Positions 1 through 9,968 of a DNA stretch of 64,000 bases are shown here, in pieces. Position 1 is the stretch's first letter; every line of letters starts with the position of its first letter. The DNA is taken from assembly GCA_946500895.1 (NCBI GenBank), contig CAMMXG010000001.1:705-64704 (forward strand), read 5' to 3'. A program made the translations under genes and the position numbers. This stretch comes from an uncultured Mycoplasma sp. (GTDB lineage Bacteria; Bacillota_I; Bacilli_A; RF39; UBA660). The notes beneath the pieces were generated by a model. It made no database searches. It was not told the DNA's origin and saw nothing but the letters and a program-made list of their open reading frames with translations.

Positions 1-37
1 AGCACTTATAGTTCATTTTTATTAAGCCATACTAATA

Positions 38-1318
38 TTGGTGAATTTTATGAACAATTTTAATCAAGAATTAATGAACTTTTTAAAAGAAGGAACCTGT
101 ATTTTTACATGTATCAAAAAAATTAAAGAAATACTTTTAAATAATGATTATATAGAATTAAAAGAAAATGAAAAATGGAATTTAGATAATAAAAAATATT
201 TTATCATTAGAAATGATGCTTCCCTAATTGCATTCAATATAAATAAAAATAATGCTGATAAATTTAAAATAGTATGTACACATGGTGATACACCATCATT
301 TATTATCAAACCAAATCCCGAATATTATGAAAATGGTTATCAAAAATTAAATATTGCTCCCTATGGTGGAATTCTAAATTATGGGTTCATGGATAGGCCT
401 ATGTCAATTGCTGGAAGAATTATTACCAAAAAGGAAGAAAAATATCAAAGTCATATTATCGATTTAAAAAAAGCAGTTGCCATTATTCCTAGTATTGCTA
501 TTCATCAAAATGATTCTGCAAATTCAAATTTAGACTTAAATACCGAGGTTGATTTAATACCAATGATTTCTGTAAATCAAAAAGAAACAATAGAAAATTT
601 AATAAAAAATTATACAAATTTACCAGGAAAATTATTTGAATATGATTTATTTTTATATAATAATGAAGAACCAGTAATAATAAATAATGAATTTTTAGCA
701 AGTCCTAGAATTGACAATCTATCTTGTACCTATGCTGGATTAGAAGCTTTTTTAAAATCTAAAGGAAAAGATATTGACATACTAGTTATTTTTAACAGTG
801 AAGAAATTGGCTCTAACACCTTAGAAGGTGCTGATTCTAACTTTCTAATTGATACATTAAAAAAAATAAGTGCCAATTTAAATTTAGACCTACCAATTAC
901 ATTAAATAATTCTATTGTTATTAGTGCCGATAATACTCATGCAAGACATCCGAATCATGATGAATTATCCGATCATACAAACACTCCACCCCTAGATAGT
1001 GGCATTATGATTATGAAAGAAACAAGTAGTAGCACCAACAGTATTTCTTCTACTATTATGAAACATATTTGCGAAAGTAAAAAGATTAAATATTCTTATT
1101 ATACATCAAGAAACGATTATGCAACTGGTTCTACTCTAGCTGGACCCAATCTAAAACATTTAAGTATTAATTCTTTAGATATAGGCTTAGTTATGCTTGC
1201 TATGCATTCAAGTTTCGAAATTGTCGGCTTAAAAGATATTTACTTACTATATAAAGCATTACAAAAATTCTACGAAATAAAATACACATTAAATAATAAT
1301 GAAATAAATTTTCTATAA
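38..1318 (+). CDS. M18-family (aspartyl/aminopeptidase I-like) zinc aminopeptidase
   Basis: 426 aa. Segments 'IIRNDASLIAF' and 'HGDTPSF' resemble the conserved N-terminal block and metal-ligand block (HTDSP) of M18 aminopeptidases. Length is typical (~430 aa). Confidence 0.6.
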   Translation: MVNFMNNFNQELMNFLKEGTCIFTCIKKIKEILLNNDYIELKENEKWNLDNKKYFIIRNDASLIAFNINKNNADKFKIVCTHGDTPSFIIKPNPEYYENGYQKLNIAPYGGILNYGFMDRPMSIAGRIITKKEEKYQSHIIDLKKAVAIIPSIAIHQNDSANSNLDLNTEVDLIPMISVNQKETIENLIKNYTNLPGKLFEYDLFLYNNEEPVIINNEFLASPRIDNLSCTYAGLEAFLKSKGKDIDILVIFNSEEIGSNTLEGADSNFLIDTLKKISANLNLDLPITLNNSIVISADNTHARHPNHDELSDHTNTPPLDSGIMIMKETSSSTNSISSTIMKHICESKKIKYSYYTSRNDYATGSTLAGPNLKHLSINSLDIGLVMLAMHSSFEIVGLKDIYLLYKALQKFYEIKYTLNNNEINFL

Positions 1319-1352
1319 TATGATATAATAGAATCACCTAAAGAGGTTTGAT

Positions 1353-2390
1353 ATGAATATTATAGATTATATAAAAAAGAACAAAGATAAAACTTTTAAT
1401 GATTACCATTTTAATGAAATAGACAATTTAATTTTTTCTCTTTTAACATACATAGATTTTACGGGTATTGTCCCTGCTTTTAAAAATGGCAAAATAACTT
1501 TAAAGGAAGCAGCTGAAAAACTAAGTAATAAAAAGAAATATTATCGCGGTATGTTTATCAGCAATACTTTTAAAATGCTCCAAATAATGAAAGATACGAA
1601 AAGATATAAGGATACCCTACTTTATAATTATATGAAAGTAGTAAACGATGACATGCAATTTGGAGCTATAACAATGAAGTTACCTGATAAAAGTATATAT
1701 ATTTCTTTCGCTGGTACCGACTCATCTATTATTGGTTGGGAAGAAGATTTTAAAATGACTTATCTTTATCCCGGAGCTTCTCAAAAATATGCATCTGTTT
1801 ATTTAAATAAAGCAATTGGTTTATTAGATAAAACCGTACGAGTTGGTGGACACTCAAAAGGCGGTAATTTAGCTATTTGTGCTGTTATGAACGCTCACTT
1901 TTGGGTTAGAAAAAAAGTTGTAAAAATAAACAATTTTGATGGACCAGGTTTCTTAAAAAAAGAAATAGAATCTAAACCCTACAAAAAAATAGAACCAAGA
2001 ATAAAAATGTATGTTCCCAAAGAAAGTATTATTGGCATGCTTCTTTATAATACTCCTGAATATATTGTCATAAAATCAAAAGGACTAAATATATTGCAAC
2101 ATGATGCCTTTAACTGGCAAATAAAAGAAAAATCATTAATACGTGACACCCAAAGTAAAAGAAGTAAATCCCTGCAAAAAAAACTAACAAAAAAACTAGA
2201 AGAACTCTCTTTAGAAGAAAGAATTAATCTAGTTAAAAATTTATTTAATATCTTTAAAAACAACAATATTAAAGATACAAAAGAAATAAAAATAAGAGAA
2301 ATATTTAAGTTAATAAAAGAATTCAAAAAATTAGATAAAGAAGCACAAAATTTATTAACAGAATTATTAATCATTATTTTTATTAAATAA
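1353..2390 (+). CDS. lipase class-3-like alpha/beta hydrolase (DUF2974 / Mbeg1-like)
   Basis: 345 aa with nucleophile elbow 'GGHSKGG'. Lys-rich C-terminal tail. Confidence 0.5.
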   Translation: MNIIDYIKKNKDKTFNDYHFNEIDNLIFSLLTYIDFTGIVPAFKNGKITLKEAAEKLSNKKKYYRGMFISNTFKMLQIMKDTKRYKDTLLYNYMKVVNDDMQFGAITMKLPDKSIYISFAGTDSSIIGWEEDFKMTYLYPGASQKYASVYLNKAIGLLDKTVRVGGHSKGGNLAICAVMNAHFWVRKKVVKINNFDGPGFLKKEIESKPYKKIEPRIKMYVPKESIIGMLLYNTPEYIVIKSKGLNILQHDAFNWQIKEKSLIRDTQSKRSKSLQKKLTKKLEELSLEERINLVKNLFNIFKNNNIKDTKEIKIREIFKLIKEFKKLDKEAQNLLTELLIIIFIK

Positions 2391-2825
2391 CTATCTTGTT
2401 TTTTCTGTAAGTTTAATATTCTGTAATTCTATCTGCTTCAACATTAATTTTTTCTTTTCTAATGCTCTTTCTTGCATCTTTAATTCTTCCTCTTCAACTT
2501 TAACAAACATGTCTAAAATAAAATCATCAGAATATAATAACTTTAAAACATCAATAGGTAAATATCCTTCAAATCTTCCTAATATATCAGATAAATGCAA
2601 TCCCTCTTTCATAACATAACAGCCATGACTTCCCTGATAAGTAAAATAATCATCCAAATCATCTTGTGAAACACAAACTAAAGAGATATCCAATTCTTTT
2701 TCTTTTTGATACAACTCTTGCTCAAACCGCCGTAATTCCGAATTTGTTACAAAGTATTCATGAAAATATTTTATCTTCATTTTTAATAAACTAGCAAGTA
2801 AATAACCCTCTTCAACTCGATACAT
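2391..2825 (-). CDS. hypothetical protein
   Basis: 144-aa ORF, no recognisable motif. Start is 1 nt from the upstream gene's stop. Confidence 0.35.
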   Translation of the reverse strand: MYRVEEGYLLASLLKMKIKYFHEYFVTNSELRRFEQELYQKEKELDISLVCVSQDDLDDYFTYQGSHGCYVMKEGLHLSDILGRFEGYLPIDVLKLLYSDDFILDMFVKVEEEELKMQERALEKKKLMLKQIELQNIKLTEKTR

Positions 2826-2871
2826 TTTATCACTTCCTCAAAATAATATTAACACAATTATCTATATTAAA

Positions 2872-3759
2872 TCAATTTTTTCTAACACTTATTTTATCAT
2901 CACTTTCTAAATAACCAATAAGCATGGTTGAATCATTGTAATGTTTTCTTACGTTATCTTTTATTTGTTCTTCATCATAATTTGCATAACAATATTTGCA
3001 ATAATGCATACATGTATTATAACTTCCTATATCCACCATGCTAGCACAAGAACAATACTTATTATTTCTCCCTTTCCATTTTGGATAATTTTTTCCTGTT
3101 ATTTTTTTTACAAGACATCTAGGCACACAATCACCAACTCTAAATCCATATTCTTCAAGCGTATTATACTCCCCACAAGTTTGCACAGTCATATGATGAG
3201 TATGAGCTATTTTACTAAAAGATAAACCTAATTTTTTAAAATCTTCATTCGTAAAATTTTTAATACGTAAAGCATTCATATTTTTCCTAACATTTTTATA
3301 ATCGTCAATAAAAGATACAATAATATGAGCTATATACCCATCTAACTCTTTACATAATTTTTCAAATGCTCTTAGGTGATAATCCAAAGTATAGTAATTA
3401 TTTAAAAATATAGGGTCATACCGAACATATACATTTTCTTTACCAAGTAAATTAGCTATTTTTTTGATATCTAAAATTACTTGTTTCTTATCAAAAACAT
3501 TTGGTTCTATATCTATTTTATATGGTGTTAAAGTAACTTGAAATAAGATAGGCTTATTCATTTCTTTTAAATATGGTAGAATGGGATGAGGATTTTTCGT
3601 ACAAAAAACAATTAAATCAACATCATTAAAATAAATACGGCTAACAAGTTTAGGATAAATAGGATTTCTAACATCAACAAATCCCTCATGATATCGATTG
3701 ATAAACCATGGTGTATAAAAAGCTACAATATCGGTTCTACCACTAACATTCAAAATCAT
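2872..3759 (-). CDS. DUF1848-family protein with Cys-rich C-terminus
   Basis: N-terminus 'MILNVSGRTDIVAFYTPWFINR' matches the characteristic DUF1848 start. C-terminal Cys cluster (CSCASM...CMHYCKYC). Confidence 0.5.
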   Translation of the reverse strand: MILNVSGRTDIVAFYTPWFINRYHEGFVDVRNPIYPKLVSRIYFNDVDLIVFCTKNPHPILPYLKEMNKPILFQVTLTPYKIDIEPNVFDKKQVILDIKKIANLLGKENVYVRYDPIFLNNYYTLDYHLRAFEKLCKELDGYIAHIIVSFIDDYKNVRKNMNALRIKNFTNEDFKKLGLSFSKIAHTHHMTVQTCGEYNTLEEYGFRVGDCVPRCLVKKITGKNYPKWKGRNNKYCSCASMVDIGSYNTCMHYCKYCYANYDEEQIKDNVRKHYNDSTMLIGYLESDDKISVRKN

Positions 3760-3781
3760 ACTTCATCACAAGAATATTATA

Positions 3782-3812
3782 GCAAAAAAAAGAGAACTTA
3801 TTAAGCTCTCTT
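3782..3812 (-). terminator. rho-independent terminator of the surface-protein gene
   Basis: Stem AAGAGA/TCTCTT overlapping the stop codon, followed on the minus strand by a U-run (TTTTTTTTGC). Confidence 0.45.
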
Positions 3813-5435
3813 TGTTTGTTTTTTAATGTATAATGTTGCACCAACAATAGCAATGATACTAACTATTCCAGCAGCTACATAAGTAACTAAACTATCGAAT
3901 GTTTGTGGAACTTCTGGAGTTTCTTCACTAGGAGTTTCTGGAGTCGTTGGTGTATCTGTACCATCGCCAATTACATCGTCACCGTCTTCAGTTAAAGTAA
4001 CAGTATTATAACCAATTATTGCATATGTACTTAAGTGCGTAGTTTCAAATGTAATAACACCATTTGCTAATACTGCATCAAGTATTTCAGCAACTTCGCC
4101 TTCATCATTAATATAAACAACTTTAAAAGCATTATATCCTTTTACTTGATCCTCTGTTACTTTAATAGAAATAGCATAATTACCATTTGCTAATTTAACA
4201 ACTTGATCACTACTATCTTTAACAGATATATCATAAGTAGCTACTAATTTAGAATCTAATAACTCTTCCTTAGCTTCTTCTAAAGCAGTATTAATTTGTT
4301 TATTAACACTTTCCATTACCGCTTCCTCATTAGCAAGCTCTTCTTTCTCAACAACTAATTTATAGTCGTTAGAAATAGGTTCATCACTTTCAAAGGTAAC
4401 ATCTTCATCATCAGTACTAATTGTTAAATTAGGACCAACTACATAAGACTCACCATCTTGAGTTAATAAATAACCATCTGGAATATAGTTTTCATCAACC
4501 GTTACTGTATATGTACCACCTGTAATTTCTGTAGATACTTTTGAGCTAGCAGCTACCACTAGTCCTGTTCCTAAATTAAATGTTCCCCCAGTAACAGTTA
4601 CTTCTCCTATACCATCTGCTCTATACAAATATTGAGCATTAAACGTACCATCACTAATTGTTAATATACCAGGTTCAAATTCTGGACCAAATTCGTTTTC
4701 AAGTCCATAAATGGTTGCAATAGCATTATAACCTGTGAATGTTCCACCACTTACATTAACAGTACCAGTTGCTTGAATTAAAAATCCATTTTGACTTTCA
4801 AATGTTCCTTCAGTAATAGTTGTCTTTGACCAGTCATCACTTTTGATTGTTGAAGTTGTTGTTTTATGAACAAATTCACCACCATTAATAGTTAAAATGG
4901 CTACTGCGCTTGATCCCTTTTCTGGTGGTACAACTCCTAAATCATTAACAGAACCATTCACTTCCTTGCCGTCAAACCAACCATTAGCAATTAAACTAGA
5001 ATTAGCTTTATTCTCATCGCCTTGTGTAAATGTTCCGCCGTTAATATTCATAACGCTAAAGTTTTTAACAGTATACCAGTTTGCTGAATTAAATGAACCA
5101 CTTTCAACAGTAAGGGTACCCTCATTTACAATAGCAGCACGAACACTACCAGTTGCATTAATACTACCATCACCAGTAATTACTACTTCAGCACCACTTT
5201 CAACATAAATACCATGCCCATCTGTTGTTAAGCTATGACCTGCAAAATCAATGGTAATATCTTTGCTAATAGTTACTGAATCTGTGTAGTTAGCATCTAA
5301 TACTAATGTTCCTCCTTCCTCTGTAGCATCAATTTTTGATTGTAGAGTCGTTGACTCTGCATGAACAACACCCATGCTACCAAGTGTTAATCCAATTGAT
5401 ATTAAGAAAGCCCACATTACTTTCTTCATACTCAT
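3801..5435 (-). CDS. cell-surface protein: signal peptide, beta-helix-like repeats, C-terminal membrane anchor
   Basis: N-terminal signal peptide ending VHAES. Repeated 'GGTF/NGGEF/SGGTFTG' strands. Thr/Pro/Glu-rich stalk then hydrophobic helix plus KKQTKRA at the C-terminus. No LPXTG. Confidence 0.5.
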   Translation of the reverse strand: MSMKKVMWAFLISIGLTLGSMGVVHAESTTLQSKIDATEEGGTLVLDANYTDSVTISKDITIDFAGHSLTTDGHGIYVESGAEVVITGDGSINATGSVRAAIVNEGTLTVESGSFNSANWYTVKNFSVMNINGGTFTQGDENKANSSLIANGWFDGKEVNGSVNDLGVVPPEKGSSAVAILTINGGEFVHKTTTSTIKSDDWSKTTITEGTFESQNGFLIQATGTVNVSGGTFTGYNAIATIYGLENEFGPEFEPGILTISDGTFNAQYLYRADGIGEVTVTGGTFNLGTGLVVAASSKVSTEITGGTYTVTVDENYIPDGYLLTQDGESYVVGPNLTISTDDEDVTFESDEPISNDYKLVVEKEELANEEAVMESVNKQINTALEEAKEELLDSKLVATYDISVKDSSDQVVKLANGNYAISIKVTEDQVKGYNAFKVVYINDEGEVAEILDAVLANGVITFETTHLSTYAIIGYNTVTLTEDGDDVIGDGTDTPTTPETPSEETPEVPQTFDSLVTYVAAGIVSIIAIVGATLYIKKQTKRA

Positions 5436-5513
5436 TCTCCTTTCTATGAATAAATCATATCATGATTTAATTTAAAAATCAATCTCAAAACATAAATTAG
5501 TTAAAAATTGACA

Positions 5514-6617
5514 TTAATTTTCACCATAAAAAATACTAATCGTACTAACAAACCGAACTCCAAATAGTTTATCATAATACATTTTCTTATTTTTAAGTAA
5601 TAAAATAAAGTGAATGAGATAAAAAAGGAAAATCACCAAAAGTCCTCCGCCATATAAAAGAAAGGTAATTCCTTGTAAATTATAATAACTTCGTATGTAA
5701 CTGATAAGCATAATAAATCCAAGTGGCAAAGCAAAATAATAAAGATACAAAAAGAAATATCTTAAAGTATTAAATAAAAGTCCAAGTCTAATAAATTCCA
5801 TTTTTACATTCAAAAATCTCATTCCAATTGTTGCATTTCCTCTTATTAATGGAATCAAAACATAATAGATTCCAAAAGAAATGAAAAACAACCAACGATT
5901 ATGAGTAAAAATAGATAATAAAACCGTAAAGATGAAATATAAAACCAAATCTAAGAAAAAGACGGTAATGCGGCGCAATCCAGAAACCTGTTCTCCCATT
6001 TTCAAAGATTCTTCATCTATTTTTTCTCTTGTAGGTAAATAATGATCTAAAGCTCCCATAATTAAAAATCCCAAAACTCCTCCTAAAGTATTTTGAATTA
6101 AATCGTCTATATCACACAAACGATATGGATTTGGATAAATAAAATATAATCCTGTAAGTTGTGTTAATTCAAAAAATAAACTTAACAAAAGTGAATAAAG
6201 AACAGTTTTCTTAAAACTACACTTAAAATAATATCTTAAATACATTCCAAAAGGAACAAACATCACAATATTAAATACAACAACATAAAAACTCGGATCG
6301 ATGATTGCTTTTATATAGGTTGATAGATCATTCCATACAAATGGTGTTTCATGAATTAAATCTACTATAAACTTAAAAGGTATCGTATTAATATAAGGAC
6401 CTGTATTTTTAAGTGCTTCTTCAAATGTTGGTAGTGGTAATATAACTAGAAAATAAATTGTAATCAAATATAAAATAAAAGTATAAATAATAAAGACTCT
6501 TAAAAAATGAATCGAACCATATTTATGATAATTATGTAACATAAAAGGAATCGTAAATAAAAAGGCAATAAAAGGAAAAGCAATAAATGCCGTAGTAATT
6601 GATTCAACATAACTCAT
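5514..6617 (-). CDS. polytopic membrane protein (VanZ-like N-terminal half, RDD-like C-terminal half)
   Basis: 367 aa, ~9 predicted TM helices. Composition and spacing resemble a VanZ+RDD fusion. The call rests on pattern only. Confidence 0.4.
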   Translation of the reverse strand: MSYVESITTAFIAFPFIAFLFTIPFMLHNYHKYGSIHFLRVFIIYTFILYLITIYFLVILPLPTFEEALKNTGPYINTIPFKFIVDLIHETPFVWNDLSTYIKAIIDPSFYVVVFNIVMFVPFGMYLRYYFKCSFKKTVLYSLLLSLFFELTQLTGLYFIYPNPYRLCDIDDLIQNTLGGVLGFLIMGALDHYLPTREKIDEESLKMGEQVSGLRRITVFFLDLVLYFIFTVLLSIFTHNRWLFFISFGIYYVLIPLIRGNATIGMRFLNVKMEFIRLGLLFNTLRYFFLYLYYFALPLGFIMLISYIRSYYNLQGITFLLYGGGLLVIFLFYLIHFILLLKNKKMYYDKLFGVRFVSTISIFYGEN

Positions 6618-6665
6618 AATTCTAACCTCTCTATTTCTTTTCTATTATAACATATATCTTTTATT

Positions 6666-8159
6666 TTATTTCTTACAATTTAGTAACAAATCATTTTCAT
6701 TTAAATTAATAACTTTTGTTGCTACATTACACCCAAATGTCTCATCATGACAAACAAAAATAAGAGTAGGTTGATATTCCAGCAACACTTCTTCAATTTG
6801 AATACGTGAAAATAGATCAATATAATTTAATGGCTCATCCCATACATATAAATGGGCTTCTTCACTTAAACTCTTAGCAATTAATACTTTCTTTTTCATA
6901 CCTTCACTATATTCATCAAGCCTCATTTCAAAATATTCTCTTTTAAAATCCAATTTTCTTAATATGGTTTTAAATAAAGATTCATTAATTTCATATTCAT
7001 CAATAAAATTTTGTAATGTTCCCTTTAAAAAAGAAGTATCTTCTGGTATATAAGAAATTTTCAAATGATCATGTCCATTTATTTTCCCACAATATTTTAA
7101 ATGAAAATCTCCAACTATTAATTTTAAAATACTAGACTTACCACTACCATTATTTCCTATTAACCAAATTCGATCATGAGGTTGAATTTGAAAACTAATA
7201 GAATCTATAATTTTTTTATGATCATTGAATATAGACACATCTTCTAAAGTAAATAAACTTTGATAATTACTTTCTAAAGACTGCATTTTTAATGACTCCG
7301 TTTCTTCAATATCTTGCAATAATTTCTTCTTTTCGCTAATAAGATTTTCTTGTCTTCTTTCAATATTTTTTGATAACTGCATCATTTTAGCTGCTTTATG
7401 ACCAATATATCCCTTATCGCCTTTCGAACCAATCTTACTTTTTTCTACAATGTTTGACCATATTACTTTTTCATTTTTAGAATCATTCAAACGCTTCATT
7501 TCTTTTTTAATTTTTAAATTTTTTTCCAACTCATAATGGTCTTTTAACTGTTTATTATGATACCAACTAGAAAAATTTCCTTGAACAACTTCAATCGTCG
7601 ACCGATTAATCGCTAAAATATGATCAACTACCTGATCTAATAAATACCGATCATGAGATACAAGAATAAACCCTTGTTTCCCTTTTAAATATTCACAAAT
7701 TAATTTCTTTCCTTCAATATCCAAATAATTAGTTGGTTCATCTAGTAATAAAAAACGATCTTCATTTAAAAACATCAAAGCAATCAAAACCTTAGTCTGT
7801 TCACCATTAGACAAAGTATTAAATGGTTGATATAAAACTTCTTCTTTTAATTTCAACTTAGAAAATTCTTGAATAATTTGCCATTCATAAACATTTGGAC
7901 ATATATTATCAGCAATATTAATAACCAAATCCTCTTTCTGTTCCACTTGATAAGGAAAATAAGAGAATTCTTCTTTACTAAAAATAGTTCCTTGATAATC
8001 AAACTCTCTTAAAAGCAATTTTAAAAAGGTTGTTTTCCCTTTTCCATTTCGACCGATTAATCCCAATTTCCAAGACGTATCTAAATTAAGAGAAACATGA
8101 TCAAATATAAGATCAGTTCCATAAGAAAAAGTTAAATCTTTTACTTGTATTATACTCAT
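6666..8159 (-). CDS. ABC-F family ATPase (tandem NBDs, no membrane domain), ARE-like size
   Basis: Two Walker A motifs (GRNGKGKTT; GNNGSGKSS), two signature motifs (LSNGEQTK; YSEGMKKK), and a charged inter-domain linker. 497 aa, close to Lsa/Vga/Sal-type ribosomal-protection ABC-Fs. Confidence 0.7.
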   Translation of the reverse strand: MSIIQVKDLTFSYGTDLIFDHVSLNLDTSWKLGLIGRNGKGKTTFLKLLLREFDYQGTIFSKEEFSYFPYQVEQKEDLVINIADNICPNVYEWQIIQEFSKLKLKEEVLYQPFNTLSNGEQTKVLIALMFLNEDRFLLLDEPTNYLDIEGKKLICEYLKGKQGFILVSHDRYLLDQVVDHILAINRSTIEVVQGNFSSWYHNKQLKDHYELEKNLKIKKEMKRLNDSKNEKVIWSNIVEKSKIGSKGDKGYIGHKAAKMMQLSKNIERRQENLISEKKKLLQDIEETESLKMQSLESNYQSLFTLEDVSIFNDHKKIIDSISFQIQPHDRIWLIGNNGSGKSSILKLIVGDFHLKYCGKINGHDHLKISYIPEDTSFLKGTLQNFIDEYEINESLFKTILRKLDFKREYFEMRLDEYSEGMKKKVLIAKSLSEEAHLYVWDEPLNYIDLFSRIQIEEVLLEYQPTLIFVCHDETFGCNVATKVINLNENDLLLNCKK

Positions 8160-8363
8160 AATTTTTTCTCCTCACATAAAATAAAACCATAAGAAAGCTA
8201 TATCTCATGGTTTTTAATTTAATAATTTAATCCAAACAAAAATATAACTTTCTTGATAAAAGCATATAAAAACTTATTTTGCTTTCTATACTTATAAAAT
8301 ATCAAAAAAGTTATATTCTCATTTTATCACATCCGCCTACATTTTAGCATAAAGAAAGAAAGA
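8160..8363 (-). promoter_or_regulatory. 204-nt leader of the ABC-F gene with hairpin+U-tract adjacent to RBS (possible attenuator)
   Basis: On the minus strand: AAAACCAT-16nt loop-ATGGTTTT followed by ATTTTATG, then GGAGG and the ATG. Tiny uORFs sit upstream. ARE ABC-F genes are commonly attenuator-controlled. Confidence 0.3.
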
Positions 8364-8834
8364 TTACAAGCTGTTAATCCAAGCACTAATTTCTACATCA
8401 CTAGTAACCAAATCGTTTTCATTAAACTTTATACTAATTGGATTCTCTACTTGACTATTAGGACTATATTTCTTAATATCATCAAAAGTTGTACCTAGCC
8501 ATCCTCCATTGGTAGCAAATGGCACAATTACTTTACCACTCAAATCATATTTTTTTAAAAATGTCCGAATGGGAGGAGTCATAGTATACCACCAAACTGG
8601 AGTACCTAAAATAATGGTATCATAATTACTTAAATCAACATGAATTGGTTCAATTTCAACGATCTCTTCTTGATGCATTTTATTTTCTTCCTCATCTACT
8701 AACTTTTGATAATCATTTGTATAAGGAGTAACTGGCTTTATTTCCACCATATCATACCCTTTTTTCTCATGAATGAGTTCTGCTATTCTCTTAGTATTTC
8801 CACCATAAGAATAATAAATAATAATTGATTTCAT
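8364..8834 (-). CDS. flavodoxin
   Basis: 156 aa. N-terminal 'IIYYSYGGNTKRIAE' is a flavodoxin phosphate-binding loop. Confidence 0.6.
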   Translation of the reverse strand: MKSIIIYYSYGGNTKRIAELIHEKKGYDMVEIKPVTPYTNDYQKLVDEEENKMHQEEIVEIEPIHVDLSNYDTIILGTPVWWYTMTPPIRTFLKKYDLSGKVIVPFATNGGWLGTTFDDIKKYSPNSQVENPISIKFNENDLVTSDVEISAWINSL

Positions 8835-8837
8835 AAA

Positions 8838-9113
8838 TCATTCCTCCATTTTTTTAAAATTTGCTGCTACACTAGGAATATCTTGCAATTCAAAGCGATA
8901 TTTTTGTGTTACATTCGGATACTTTTCATGGTCCACTTCACTTAAAAACATTTTGAGTGGTCGAACCCATAATTTATGTTCCCCGTACAAAGCACGATAC
9001 ACAACACACTCTTCATCGGTTTCTGAAAAAGTACCAATGTCTTCTACCAAATAGTAATCGCCTTTAAAATGCTTATAGATTCCTTTAATTTTAACTTCTC
9101 TCATAATCATCAA
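8838..9113 (-). CDS. DUF1653-family small protein
   Basis: 91 aa with 'YKHFKGDYY' block typical of DUF1653. Confidence 0.5.
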   Translation of the reverse strand: MMIMREVKIKGIYKHFKGDYYLVEDIGTFSETDEECVVYRALYGEHKLWVRPLKMFLSEVDHEKYPNVTQKYRFELQDIPSVAANFKKMEE

Positions 9114-9115
9114 AC

Positions 9116-9529
9116 CTATAATTTAAAATATTCCTCATCACTTACAGGTTCTAACCATTCATTTTTGGTTTCCTCACCTGGTACTTCAACAGAAAGATGA
9201 GCAAACCATGAATCCTTCTTAGCCCCATGCCAATGTTTTGTATTCGGCTGGATTACCACGACATCACCAGTTTTTAAAGCTTGTGCCGGTTTACCCCATT
9301 CTTGATACCAACCTTCACCACCAGTAACAAGTAAAATTTGACCACCACCACTTTTCGCATGATGAATATGCCAGTTATTCCTACATCCTGGCTCAAACGT
9401 TACATTACCAATACCTACTCCTTCTGTTGTAAGCATCTTTAAATAACTAGTTCCAATAAAAAACTTACCAAAAGGATTAACCTCTCCTACTGGAAAAATT
9501 CCCTTATCCCTTAAATACTCATTCTTCAT
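9116..9529 (-). CDS. cupin-domain protein
   Basis: 137 aa. 'NWHIHH...GGQILLVTGGEGW...HWHGA' is a two-motif cupin His signature. Confidence 0.6.
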   Translation of the reverse strand: MKNEYLRDKGIFPVGEVNPFGKFFIGTSYLKMLTTEGVGIGNVTFEPGCRNNWHIHHAKSGGGQILLVTGGEGWYQEWGKPAQALKTGDVVVIQPNTKHWHGAKKDSWFAHLSVEVPGEETKNEWLEPVSDEEYFKL

Positions 9530-9842
9530 CTTGATACACCTCTCTTACTAAGCCAAATACTGCCCATGCCTTAGGCCAACCTACATAAAATGATAAATGA
9601 GTAATCATTTCTACTATTTCTTCCTTGGTAATTCCATTCTTCTTTCCTAATTCCAAATGACTCTTTAAAGAACTATCAACGATTCCCATCGCCATTAAAG
9701 CTGAAATTGTAATCATCGAACGATGTTTTAAAGAAAGTTTATCCTCTCTACTCCATACTTCACCAAATAATACATCATCATTTAATTCAGCAAATTTAGG
9801 TGCTAAATCACCTAAACGATCTCTTCCTGCTGTTTGTTTCAT
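9519..9842 (-). CDS. carboxymuconolactone decarboxylase / AhpD-like family protein
   Basis: 107 aa. Matches the CMD-family core; 11-nt overlap with the downstream cupin gene. Confidence 0.6.
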   Translation of the reverse strand: MKQTAGRDRLGDLAPKFAELNDDVLFGEVWSREDKLSLKHRSMITISALMAMGIVDSSLKSHLELGKKNGITKEEIVEMITHLSFYVGWPKAWAVFGLVREVYQDEE

Positions 9843-9868
9843 TTTAAAAATTCCTCCTTTATATTACC

Positions 9869-9899
9869 AGTATAAGACTTGAAGCATACTCCAAGTCAA
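9869..9899 (-). promoter_or_regulatory. MerR-type promoter: TTGACT-19 bp dyad spacer-TATACT upstream of the AhpD-like/cupin/DUF1653/flavodoxin operon
   Basis: Minus strand TTGACT (9894-9899 rc), 19-bp spacer TGGAGTATGCTTCAAGTCT, then TATACT. The spacer dyad is shared with two other promoters in the window. Confidence 0.45.
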
Positions 9900-9968
9900 T
9901 TCTTTTTCTAAAATTTGACAAAGAAATTGACAAACAAAAAGATAGAATTTTACTTTTCTATCCTTCTA

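Noticed and set aside
2045-2374. Antisense ORFs inside real genes (for example 2045-2374, 4897-5208, 11380-11601, 17241-17426, 18396-18668, 20137-20418, 61212-62363)
   Set aside because: Each lies fully inside a longer, motif-supported gene on the other strand. In AT-rich DNA such stop-free antisense frames are expected by chance.
8160-8363. Hairpin in the ABC-F leader considered simply as the terminator of the upstream flavodoxin gene
   Set aside because: Not fully rejected. It may serve both roles. Its position ~12 nt from the ABC-F RBS keeps the attenuator idea alive, so it is reported as a low-confidence finding.
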